From NCBI GenBank assembly GCA_044892525.1, contig CM097885.1:5396001-5460000 (forward strand): 64,000 nucleotides of DNA. Reading direction: 5' to 3'. The notes under the pieces are model-generated. The model was given only the letters and a program-made list of their open reading frames with translations. It made no database searches and was not told where the DNA came from. Both the position numbers and the translations under genes were made by a program. Source of the DNA: Schmidtea polychroa. Taxonomy: Eukaryota. Shown in pieces: positions 52,659 to 63,830 of the stretch (its first letter is position 1; each line of letters begins with the position of its first letter).

Positions 52659-54049
52659 TTAAAAATCTGTTTTCTGTAGTTCATTATTATAAAATCTACC
52701 TAATATTTTTTCATTATTTAAATCAAAGATGCTATATGTTATTGGAGTTGTATAATGTATTTTATTTATAATAAAAATTTCATTTGTCCATTTTGCTGTG
52801 AATCCTTTTTCAAATTTATTTTTATATTTAAATATTCTTACTCGGTCACCAATTTTAAACTTTGGTTTTTCAATAACATCATTTTCAATATTTACCACTT
52901 TAATGGTTTCAGGCTTCATGGAAGCATTTAAAGGTGTTAATTTTATAGAACTATGTACATCATTATTATATTCATTTACAATCTTTTGTAACAATTCATT
53001 GTTCCATTTTTGTTTTCCAATAGCAGTAAAATATTTCCACATTTTATTTTTTAATGTTCTATTTAATCTTTCAACTACGACTGCTTTTCCTTCGTTTTCT
53101 GTTGAATATAATTTAATATCATTTTCATTTAAAAACTTTGTAAAAACTTTGTTATAAAATTCTGTTCCTTTATCACACCATAAATATTTTGGGATTCTTT
53201 GATTTTCTTCAAATATATTTTCAAATGCTTCTGTAATAGAATATCCTGTTTTATTTTCTAAACATCTTGCAAAAGCAAATCTTGTATATAAATCTATTAC
53301 AGTTAAAATTATTTTATATTTTTCAGGGTCTGATGATTTGGGCATAAAGACTAAATCTGCAGACCATGTTTGATCTTTTTCATGTACTTGAACTTTTAAA
53401 TATTTTTTATTTTTTCTAAATTCATGGTGTAATTCTTTTGCATATTTTATTTCTGATTCTGTTGGGGTTTGTAAACTAGTCTTGGCTGTACTCTCGAGGG
53501 ATCTTTCAATCTCTGCTTGTTCGATAATCTTTTTATAAGCAACATCTTTTGCTTTCCTAGGAAGTCTTGCACCCATGGTGATCGGACTGTGTCCTAAGCC
53601 TATGAAAATCTTACCTTTCATTGCTAATTTAACTAGAGCTCTTTGAATCTTTTCTTGGGTTGATGGATTTTGGATACTATTTAAATCATGTATTAAATTC
53701 ACATCTGCAACATGTCTATCTCTAAGATTTGTTGAATTGTATGCAATGTCATGTTTTAAAGCTGCTTGATCAATTCTATTTATTGGTTCTTCTCCTTGTT
53801 TGGGATTATTATTTTCATCTAATCTAATATCTAGACGTGTTCCTGGTCCAGTATAGTTGTGTTTAAATAAATGTCTTTCACCTGGATATTTTTCTGTAGT
53901 AAAAGGTTTTAATATTGAAGATGTTGTTTTTGAAGATTGCAAATCGCCTCCAGCTCGTGGAATTTAGTTTTAAGATGACTTGCTTTATGATGTCTTGTAA
54001 CTTGACAATTACAACTTTCACATCTCCAATAGGATTTATTTAAAGACAT
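52659..54049 (-). CDS. Retroviral-like DDE integrase with N-terminal parvovirus-type PLA2 domain; upstream zinc-finger segment out of frame
   Basis: HNYTGPGT...DQAALKHDIAY (PLA2); WSADLV, LWCDKGTEF and VVERLNRTLK (D,D,E); C-terminal FKIGDRVRI. ATG at 54049 encodes CESC...HLKTKFH but in a different frame from ORF 53942-52659. Confidence 0.88.
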
Positions 54050-54066
54050 TTTAAAATGTTAAAATA

Positions 54067-55359
54067 TTAAGAATCTCCCCTAACATTTTCAATAATTGAA
54101 ATCTTTCCACCATATAATTTCTTTTCTATTTTCTTTTCTTCTAATATTAATGTATATACTTTAGCTTTAAAATTAGAATCCTTTGTTACATGAAGTGTAA
54201 CATCAACATTATTTATGGCTAGGCGATCATCTTGGTCTGAAACATTTATACAAAATATAGAATATAAATTTTTGAAATCTTCTAAACTTAATTGCGGTTC
54301 AACTTTGAAATCATAACATGTTTCAATATAATTTAGATATGGAAATATGTTTTCATTATTTTCAATATTAAATTCCATTCTATTTATTGGATAATAAGAA
54401 CTATTTAATTGAATTTGGATTGTTTTTAAATTATAATCTCCAATCTTTTGAATAAACAAGTTGTTATTTTTTTGGAAAGATGAATCTGTTTCTTTGAATC
54501 CAATCAAGATATATCTTGGTCGGTATGCTAAATTTGCTACCTTTATAGAATATGTTGAACCCTCTGTCATACTAAATTCACTACAGATTCTATTTAAATA
54601 ATTTACATTTATAGACTTGTTGGAATTTAATCTTTCAAGGAGTTTAATCTCAGAATGTGGGTTTAATGTCCATTCAGGTATATGTAATTCAAGTGTTGAT
54701 AATTTTAATTTAGCTTTTGTATCTACAGCTCCATAGAACAATCTTTTATCACCTTCTACTCTATTACAGATGAATTCTATAAAAACATTATGAAGTATAC
54801 GATTATAGTTTTGAAGGAATCCAAACAAGTGTTTTAATTCAAAATAACCTTCAAATTTTTTAGATTTATAAAGTTCAGCTCTTTTATGGTAACCATGGTT
54901 TACATCTAAACCATCTTTATCTAAATCCCCTTTATTAACATCAGGAATCCAACCTGTTAATTCACCATATTCGTTTTTATAATCACAACCAGTCAAAATA
55001 AAATTTAACATTGTAGAATATACTCCCGGATGCAAAACAGTTTCAATTTCTGATGATCCTAGTTTTAATCTCATGTTGGAGAATAAATTTGGAAAGAAAT
55101 TATTTTCTAGGGTTATATCTTTGTTTGCTTCAATTTCTAATTCTACTTTGTAATATAATTTGGCATTACAAATATCTATTGGGTTTGATGTTTGAAGAGA
55201 TTGAAAAACTATATCACCCCTACGATTTAAGTTTGCAATAGATCCTGAAGTTGGAGAGATTTTAAGTACATCATTTTTCTTGATTTCATGAGTAAATTCT
55301 TTATTATAATCAAGATTTAATTTATTTTTTTCTTGAATTTTAAGATTTATATTATTCAT
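54067..55359 (-). CDS. Major capsid protein (double jelly-roll, hexon-like), 430 aa
   Basis: Size and motifs NFFPNLFSNMRLKLGSSEIE, LKHLFGF, RPRYILIGF, IQLNSSYYP and YSIFCINVS typical of the Polinton major capsid protein. Confidence 0.85.
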   Translation of the reverse strand: MNNINLKIQEKNKLNLDYNKEFTHEIKKNDVLKISPTSGSIANLNRRGDIVFQSLQTSNPIDICNAKLYYKVELEIEANKDITLENNFFPNLFSNMRLKLGSSEIETVLHPGVYSTMLNFILTGCDYKNEYGELTGWIPDVNKGDLDKDGLDVNHGYHKRAELYKSKKFEGYFELKHLFGFLQNYNRILHNVFIEFICNRVEGDKRLFYGAVDTKAKLKLSTLELHIPEWTLNPHSEIKLLERLNSNKSINVNYLNRICSEFSMTEGSTYSIKVANLAYRPRYILIGFKETDSSFQKNNNLFIQKIGDYNLKTIQIQLNSSYYPINRMEFNIENNENIFPYLNYIETCYDFKVEPQLSLEDFKNLYSIFCINVSDQDDRLAINNVDVTLHVTKDSNFKAKVYTLILEEKKIEKKLYGGKISIIENVRGDS

Positions 55360-55443
55360 TTTTATATATAAAAGTTGATAAAAATAAAAGTTGAAAAAAA
55401 AATAAAAATAAAAGGGAATTCAATAAAAAAATAATTTATAAAA

Positions 55444-55692
55444 ATGATTGACTTTATTGAAAGAATGAGAAATGAATTGAATGAAGTTAAACTTAAGAGA
55501 ATGAAAAGAAGAGAAGAAGAACCATTAGAATACATTAAAGAGTTGGTGGTAGAGAATGAAAAGTATCGACATTTTTACATGAATGCAGTAGAAGTAGCTG
55601 AAAAAAGATTAGATAAACTAAAACAATTACAGGAAAGAATAAAAGAACTTGAATCGATTATTTTAAAAAATGACAAAAAATCCAAACCTTGA
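55444..55692 (+). CDS. Small charged coiled-coil protein, 82 aa
   Basis: aaaATG start, divergent from the capsid gene; heptad-like E/K/L pattern; no recognisable family. Confidence 0.55.
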   Translation: MIDFIERMRNELNEVKLKRMKRREEEPLEYIKELVVENEKYRHFYMNAVEVAEKRLDKLKQLQERIKELESIILKNDKKSKP

Positions 55693-55768
55693 TAGCGCAG
55701 TGGGCTAGACTGACACAGTGGTTCAAAATGCTAGCGGTTCAAATCACATCTGAGGTTAGTTTTTTTTT
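55686..55768 (+). ncRNA. Candidate tRNA-like Pol III small RNA (copy 1a, right)
   Basis: accttga TAGCGCAGTGG (A box, 55693-55703) ... GGTTCAAATC (B box, 55736-55745) acat ctgaggt tag, then T9; about 72-nt tRNA-like layout. Confidence 0.55.
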
Positions 55769-55933
55769 CAACATAAAATAATATAAAAAATTTGAAAATA
55801 ATATTGAAAATAGTGTGGGTATCTTATATTTATAAAGTACTTGTATATTTTATTTTATTTATTTTATTTTATTTTATTTTTTTATTAATTAATTATTTTT
55901 TAAACATAAATATGAAAAAAAAAATATTGAAAC

Positions 55934-55997
55934 GGGTGTGGTGGCGAACCGGTAATTATCGCCACCTGTCTTTCGAACACCCCCGGATCGATTCTTT
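55934..55997 (+). ncRNA. Second candidate Pol III / structured small RNA (type 2)
   Basis: A-box-like TGGCGAACCGG and B-box-like GGATCGATTC; stems GGTGGCGA/TCGCCACC and GGGTGT/ACACCC; a GC island in AT-rich context. Confidence 0.45.
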
Positions 55998-56593
55998 AAT
56001 GTGCACATTTATTTCTCGGTTGTTTTCGGACCTCTTTCGGATTCACTTTCGAATTCATTTGTACTTTCGAGCAGCACACTTAAAACGCCGATGAAATCGA
56101 CTTCGTGAGCGAGAAGCGAATAATAAGGTGTGCTGCTATTATCGAATTGATTCTGATGTATGAGTCTGGCCAGCTTGTATATTGGAAGAGAGGACAGTGA
56201 AAAAAAAAAAAAAAAAAAAAACCACTGTCCTCTCAGAGCAGTTTTACTATTTTCATAAAATTTTTTATTCTTCAAGACATCAAGATTAAGATTTCATTTA
56301 TTTTTTTTAATTAGCCAATTAGCAACTTGCTAGTTGGCATCCTCAAGTAGCCTTCTAACTTTTTCATAATACCATTTTCTTTTCTATTCTCTTTATGTTT
56401 TTAGTTTGAGGCTTTTGAGTTTGAGGCTTTAAAGATTAAAACAGTTAGAGTCATTAAGGGTGGTTGTTTTCAAAATATAGGGTTAAAATACTATAAAAGT
56501 ATAAGTTTTAGGTTGTTTTTCTAATAGCTTAAGTGATTTGGAGGCATGTTTTGTTGGGAGGGCTGTTTTGGTTGGGTATATAACCACACTACT
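55994..56593 (-). repeat. Right terminal inverted repeat of Polinton A
   Basis: Reverse complement of 22109-22772; ends ACTACT followed by the TSD ATAATT. Confidence 0.92.
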
Positions 56594-57010
56594 ATAATTT
56601 AAATTATTTTTTAATATATTACTAACAAATAAAAATATTTTAATAACGCGTTATTGATTGACATTTATTATGATAAATTATTAAATCCACATATGTTTAT
56701 TTTATTACATAACAAGCTGTGAATGGTATTTTATAAATTATTTGATGCTTTTAGAAAACATTTTACCAAATATTTATTTGAAAAGTTAGTAAGTATATAT
56801 AATTTTAATTCTATTTTTAGATTGCATATATTTTGAATATTATTCTATTGTTTAATTCCTACAATAATTTTAAAAGTCTATAACTGTTAATAAATTAATT
56901 TCTTATTTACATTATTCGAGAATTTAAAAATTTTACTTATAAAATTTATATTTTTAAATTAAAATATTTAATTGATGATTTAATTTTAATTCTATTTTAT
57001 AAAATTCATA
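56594..57010. mobile_element. Continuation of the older element-B copy (inner arm end and spacer) right of Polinton A
   Basis: ttattacataacaagctgtgaa at about 56702, and the following sequence resembles the reverse complement of about 39150-39400. Confidence 0.72.
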
Positions 57011-57744
57011 TCTAAATCATATATAAATTAGACAATGTTGAAGACCATAGTGTTGATACGCTTGGTTAAAATATAATAATTATTAAAGTGAATCATTTAT
57101 TATATTGGACTAGAGAGCTGATGTAATAAATGGTTCACTTAAGCCATTATCTTTGTAAACTTTCTGATCTCAACTGTGACCTGCAGATGGCGATTAAATT
57201 CAGATTTGGTCTATTGTTATGGCTTACAATTGCAAATTTTCTGAAATATTTTCAAAGATAAAAAGCTCAACAAAATTGAAGCTTGCATAAATTCAAATGA
57301 AATATTCAGTTGTATTTGCATATTTGTCTGGATGTTTTGTCATCAGTTTTGCACTGAATCTCGAGTTGAATGACCAATGGAACCTTTACAAGAAGATTTA
57401 CAACAAAACCTATGAGAGCCCTCTCCATGAGTTGATTCGCAGAGGGATATGGGAAGACAATTTGAAATAAATCCAAAAACACAATCTCGATCATGATCTA
57501 GGATTGTATACTTTTATATTGGGTGTCAATCAGTTTGCAGACTTGACTCATGAAGAATTCAAAATGATTTATCTGTCAGGAAATCTCAAACCAAGTAAAA
57601 CTGGAAACACATATTTGCCACCATTAAATGCAGTCAACTTACCGGCAAGTGTAGATTGGAGAGAAAAAGGCTATGTAAATGGTGTAAAAGATCAAGTAAT
57701 TTTATTATTTATATTAATAATTCTATCAATATTTCAATTTTTCA

Positions 57745-58020
57745 TACGCCATGTTTACAAGTTTGCAGATATTTTTTTCTGTGATTTAACGAATTTGCAA
57801 GTGATGTGATTTCCAGTGTAGCAAGGAAAGTATGCAATAGAGTTAAATCAACAATATTGTATACTTACATGGCGCGAAGAGAAATCTTGGCGTCTCCTGC
57901 ATAGTACTGATGAGAGCCAAAAGCTCGAAACTAGTCTACTATTGGGATATGCACTGGGTATCACAAAGCTTGTAATGTTTATCTTATTTTATTGCTAGAC
58001 ATCCGTAAAAAAATAAGATA
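57745..58020 (+). mobile_element. Penelope-like repeat fragment bearing a hammerhead; degenerate inverted copy at about 62500-62770
   Basis: Shared sequence gcgcgaagagaaatcttggcgtctcctgcatagta...gggtatcacaaagcttgtaatg. Minimal hammerheads are an established hallmark of Penelope-like elements. Confidence 0.6.
57901..57942 (+). ncRNA. Minimal type I hammerhead ribozyme
   Basis: atagta CTGATGA gagc caaaa gctc GAAA ctagTC tactat: stem I atagta/tactat, stem II gagc/gctc, palindromic ACTAGT stem III and a GUC cleavage triplet. Confidence 0.85.
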
Positions 58021-58313
<293 letters not shown>

Positions 58314-59716
58314 AATTTCCTATTCAATACAAATTTTCGGCACTGCCTTTATCAAGTATTATATAATTGACTCACAGTAGCTATTTAATTATTTTCACCA
58401 TTGATCGATTTTTATTTTCAATTTCCTTCATCTTCATTTCTGATCAATATTTCTATTTATTTAACACAAATTTTAAAACATTAGTTTTCAAGCTTTTGCA
58501 TATTTAATGCGAAAGGATATTTACTAATAAATTTCATAATTTTACATTTTATTATTTATTCTTCATGTAAATTTTGTCCTTAGGGTGCCTGTGGAGGCTG
58601 TTGGGCATTTTCAACAACAGGATCTTTGGAAGGTCAATATTTTCGCAAGACTAGACGTTTGGTCAGTTTATCAGAACAGCAGTTAATAGATTGTAGCGAA
58701 AGTAATAATGGATGTAACGGAGGTTGGATGAATACAGCATTTATTGATATTATGACACTTGGAGGAATAGAGTCAGAACAGGATTATCCTTACAAAGCTA
58801 AAGTAGGTAAAATGTTCGTTTTATTAAAGGTTCATGAAAAATATAATTTTGTTTAAATGAGTTATTTTAGGCAAGCAGTCATTTCATTTTTCATTAACAT
58901 TCGGGTAAGTCTTTCAGAAAGTTTTTAATACATTTTGTATTGCCCACTGGCGCTATTGGGAAATATTTAATATTGGTTTTCTAAATGTTTTAATATAAAT
59001 TTGTAATTTTAATATTTAAATCATTAATAATTAATAAATAAACAAAATGATTAATAGATGATAAGATATCTAAATCCGTTATAAATGAAAGAATGTAAGA
59101 AATATATAGAAATTGCAAAAAAATTTAATTCGAAAATATCTTATGTTCTTTCGAAAGAAATTAAAAATTCTGCTAGAATTTTATTGTAAAAAATCGGTGT
59201 GGATTAATAAATTGATAAAAAATATCGAAACCAAAAACTTTGTTTAACGGAACTATTTGAGGAAGTTAGCCATCATAGGAAATGCCTCCTTTGAAAAGGA
59301 TAGTTTACAAATATTTAGTCACTTTTCTTCTGCTTTTTTTGTAAAAATTGAAGAGTAAGAAACTTTTGTATTTATTTATTTTGTTATGTAGCATAGGATG
59401 TAATATTCAATAAATTTATTATAACTTTTTGTGAATCAATCTAGTTTCTGAAAACTTAATTTTTTTTACTGTTTTGTAAATTATGATATTTTTTTTATTT
59501 AAATTAAATGGTCGTTGATGAGTAACCGACCCGAAAATATTTACGGACAGTTGGAATTGTAGTCGTCCAAGGGAGTCCTCATTTTTCAGTTCGTCGAAAA
59601 TTAACTAATTTTTTAAGCCAAAACTCTTTTATACCAATGCCGTTTTGTCACAAGACCAACAAGGCCCCATCATAGATTTGTCACATTTCTAATCATTATG
59701 TTATTAAAGTTTAAAC

Positions 59717-59965
59717 CAGTGGTGACCAACCCAAATCAATCGAAAGGCCAAATTTTCGGAAAAATACTATCACGGGCCACAATAAATTCATTTAAATAAA
59801 TAAAACTCGTTTTTACGATTCAAGTAAACATAGAATCAATTTTTTTAATTAAAAACATGCTTAATTCGAATATGAATTCTAAAAAAGACAATTATTGATT
59901 TGATGTTTAAAATTGTGTCCGGGCCACATCAAAACGCTTCGCGGGCCACCGGTTGGCCATGGCTG
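59717..59965. mobile_element. hAT-type MITE with 8-bp TSD GTTTAAAC in cathepsin intron 2
   Basis: TSD at 59709-59716 and 59966-59973; 14 bp longer than the duplicated copy at 24781-25015. Confidence 0.8.
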
Positions 59966-62899
59966 GTTTAAACTAATAAACCCACTATACTTTAATTATT
60001 TTCACTTTTTAATAAAACAGACTGATACTGGATTCTCTTCTTAAAATAACTTATGACAACATTTGTGATTGTCAATATGTATTTTGAATTGTGAAGAGGG
60101 TGGCATAGAAATCTTGATATAAGAGTGATAAACTGTTAAATATGTCGCTGGCCTTGATGTTTCTGTAAAACTGATTATCTAGACCAAATTTTTGGTAAAA
60201 TGAAAAATTAACAATTTTATTAATCTATTTATGAAATAAAATTTTCCTAAGTTGAAAATAATATTTACTTATATAAAAGAATATTTATTTTTACTTCACC
60301 TGGACCTGTTTCTATTTTCATTTGAAATTTCAATTATCCTCATTTCAACTGTTGATCAATATTGTTGTCGATTTAACACAAACTTTCAGCGCTGCCTTTA
60401 TCAAGTGTTATTTTTATTACATAATTATTATATACTTAATTTTGTCGGATGATAACGTTTATAATATATAAGAAAAAGAACAATCAGAAAACCTGAGAAT
60501 ATTCCAATTATTTATTCAAAGTGCTGACTTAACCTAGTTAGTGTTTCGTAATACAAAATGGACTCAGAGCCTCCCCTTTCTGTAAGCAATGATGTAACCT
60601 TCACTTTATCATTGTATTGGAGATGTTCAACATTTTATGATAAAAAAAGCAATTTAACATTAAAAGCATTAATTTTTATGTCTGACGGAAGGGGGGGGGT
60701 CTATCAAATTATTTATCTTACTATTTGATTTGATTTTATATTTATAGAAACTCAATTGCATGTTCAATCGTTCGAAAGTGGTCACCTCTGTCAATGGATA
60801 CAAAAAAATAAATAATAATGAAGAGAGTTTAGCGATTGCAGTGGCCAACGAAGGACCAATATCGGTTGCAATTAGTGTATCGAGGAAGTTTCAGTTATAT
60901 AAGTAAAACCTTTTATAGAAAGTAGTTGATAAATCATGTAAATAATTAGATCAGGAGTTTATAACGATCCAAACTGTTCTCAAATTATTGACCATGCAGT
61001 ATTGGTCGTAGGATACGGCACAAACGTATTGGATAATTATTGGATCGTGAAAAACAGCTGGAGTTCAAAATGGGGAATGAACGGATACATCTGGATGAGC
61101 AAAGACAAGGACAACCAATGCGCAATCGCATCCTATGCTAGTTTTCCCGAGGTTTGAAGATTTAGACATTGTTCGATGATCTGTGTCACAATTAACAACA
61201 AAATATTTATTTTAATATAAGATTCTTTCTTTTATATTCTTATAAATTTCGCCACATTTCAGCTGTGAAATGTTCCTCGAACATCCCCATATATATCGTA
61301 CTTTATACCACTTTATACCACATTTTATATATCAAGTCTATTACCGAAGGAGTTAGACATGAATATACCTTTTACTTTCATTCTGTCAACCTTCCTTTCA
61401 ACCCCATCACAAAAAGGTAGGAAATAAATATTCTAATGATATCATTATTTTCAAAGGCAAAATAGAACCAATAAACGGTTGGAAAGAAGAACTCACACAA
61501 CAAACATACAACCCAAATTCAACGTTTAATTATAATATGTTTTCCCCTTACTGTAGTCTCTAAGAGTTTAGAATCGGTGTATAATTGTAATACTTCATCC
61601 TTGCTGCTCTGCCATTTCCCATAATACATGTTTATATAGTATATTTAGCTTGATATATGAGCCTTCTCTGCTGTTTGCTTAAAGAATCTATACTGGAAAT
61701 GGTGTGCAAAGGATGAACTTGAAAAAGACATTGTCAAAAATAAGTGTTAAATAGAAAACAGTGCAATGACTTAATGATACATCTTTTATTAAAATGGAAA
61801 TAATAGTCAGCTCTTAATAAAAAAAGCCTCAAATGATTGTAATATATATTTGGATATCTCAAAACAATCCTGATTGACATTTGTCGTAAACCCTCTCAGC
61901 CAAGGAGGCTCAATCTGTACCATTTGAATAAAAATAACTTATAAAACTATAATTTGACCTTTTTCATGGTACATCTTATATGAAAATAACAAAGACCAAA
62001 ACATTTACCAACATTTTATTTAGATGTATTAGGGTTCTGTTCAAGTGGTTAGTAAACTTTTACTTAGGTGGAAATTGAGCATACATAAGTAAATGTACTG
62101 GGTACCGCTGGACCAAGCAACCCCTCTCTCCGACCGGAAATGTTTTAGAATTTTGTAAAAAGTACATTTAAACAATGCCTCATTCAAAGTCAAATTTTTA
62201 GTTTCAATTAGGTAATTTTCGACGAACTGAAAAATGAGGTCTCCCTTGGACGACTACAATTCCAACGGTCCGTAAATATTTTCGGGTCGGTTACTTGTCA
62301 ACGACCATTTAATTTAAATAAAAAAATATCATAAATTACAAAGCAGTAAAAAAAATTAAAAGTTTTCAGAAACTAGATTTCAAGGTAAAATTTAAGGCAT
62401 TTTAAAATCAGGTAACCGCTGGATCAAGGTTATATTATTATATACCTATATAGTGCATCCGTAAACCTTTTGCCTTTTTAACTTGTAATGGAGTAAAATA
62501 TTTTTTACGGATGTCTAACATTAAAATAATATAAACATTACAAGCTTTGTGATACCCAGTGCAAATTTCCAATAGTAGAATAATTTCAAGCTTTTGGCTC
62601 TCATTATTACTATGCAGGAGACGCCAAGATTTCTCTTCGCGCCAGGTAAGTTATTGATGATTCAACTCTATTGCATACTTTCCCTGCTACACTGGAAATC
62701 ACATCACTTGCAAATTAGCTAAATCACAAAAAAAAATATCTGCAAACTTGTAAACATGGCATATGAAAAATCATATTTTACAGATCATAGTTTACAGATT
62801 TTTCTGTGGCCACGCTAATTTGCAAGTGATGTGATTTCAAGTGTACCACGGAATCTCAACCAATAAATCTCAACCACTTTATTAATAATTTGGATAAAT

Positions 62900-63620
62900 T
62901 AATATTTTAAATTGTTTTATCATTATTTAAGATGTTATATGCGGACAATGACAAAACAGTTGTACATCGACTAAAGAAAATTGATCTTTATTGGAAGAAA
63001 TTTATCGGGTGATTTTAATTAGAATTTAAATCGGTTGAATATCGGTAAAATATGATCATTTGAAGAAATATATTTTATTGGATGGATAAATTTAATTTTT
63101 CAATGCAGCTACTCAGTTATATTGTACAGTAATATTTATTTTAAATTTCGAGTTTTAGAATTTTTTTTAATTATTCTTAATTATATTTAATTATAACTGG
63201 TTTTATCATTAATTTTATTGAATGGATAAATTTAATCTTTCAATGGGAACCTAGTCAGTTATAAGGGAATTGCACAGTAATATATATTTAAAATTTTGAG
63301 TGATTTAGAACAAAAATTTAATTATAACTGGTTTTATCAATAGATTTTATTTAGGGTTAATAAGCAAATTAATTTTAGATGATTTTAGTGAAATATTTGT
63401 AATAATAGGAATTAAGGATAGATATATAATTATTTAAAGGGATTTTAAGGAATCTTATTAGTCCGAAGAGAATATATGATCTTTTAAGGATATTTATCGA
63501 TAAAATACTAATCTTTAAAGACAGAGACATTTCAAAGAAATTTGTTGCTTTTTAGATGATTTTATTTGAGAATTCGCTTGGATATAACAAATATTGTCAT
63601 TTAAACGAATTTACTGGTTT
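62900..63620 (+). mobile_element. Diverged fragment of element-B arm sequence
   Basis: Similar to about 41480-42190 (aaattgatctttattggaagaaa, aaatcggttgaatatcggtaaaat, gagaattcgcttg). Confidence 0.75.
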
Positions 63621-63760
63621 ATTAGAAGTAAAAATAATAATAATAGAAATAGTTTGAAAATAATAAAAAACATTAATAATATGACACATTAATAATTGAG
63701 TATGTGACAATGCAACATCAATGCATGTTGAATGCAATTTAAACAAAGACATACTATATT

Positions 63761-63830
63761 CTGATTGGTTGATAAGCACGAGTCGAAGGTATAAAAACCC
63801 TATACCATTTCATTTTAATCATTATTCATG
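63761..63830 (+). promoter_or_regulatory. Possible Pol II promoter (inverted CCAAT and TATA box) before an ATG at 63828
   Basis: ctgATTGGtt at 63761-63770, TATAAAAA at 63790 and ATGATG at 63828. The downstream gene is not identifiable in the window. Confidence 0.35.

Larger units (their letters stand above)
22109..56593. mobile_element. Polinton/Maverick (adintovirus-like) element A, about 14.7 kb once the two insertions are removed
   Basis: Termini AGTAGTGTGGTTATATACCC... and ...GGGTATATAACCACACTACT, with 6-bp TSD ATAATT (22103-22108 / 56594-56599). TIRs 22109-22772 vs 55994-56593, plus an inner mirrored block about 26640-26860 vs 55660-55885. Full Polinton gene set inside. Confidence 0.93.

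Noticed and set aside
55686..55768. Canonical tRNA gene call
   Set aside because: The D, anticodon and T stems do not pair as a cloverleaf, so it is reported only as a tRNA-like Pol III candidate.
26972..57470. TAA reassignment (alternative genetic code) suggested by three in-frame TAAs
   Set aside because: Many neighbouring ORFs end at TAA at expected positions, and the implied amino acids differ (probably Lys vs Tyr).
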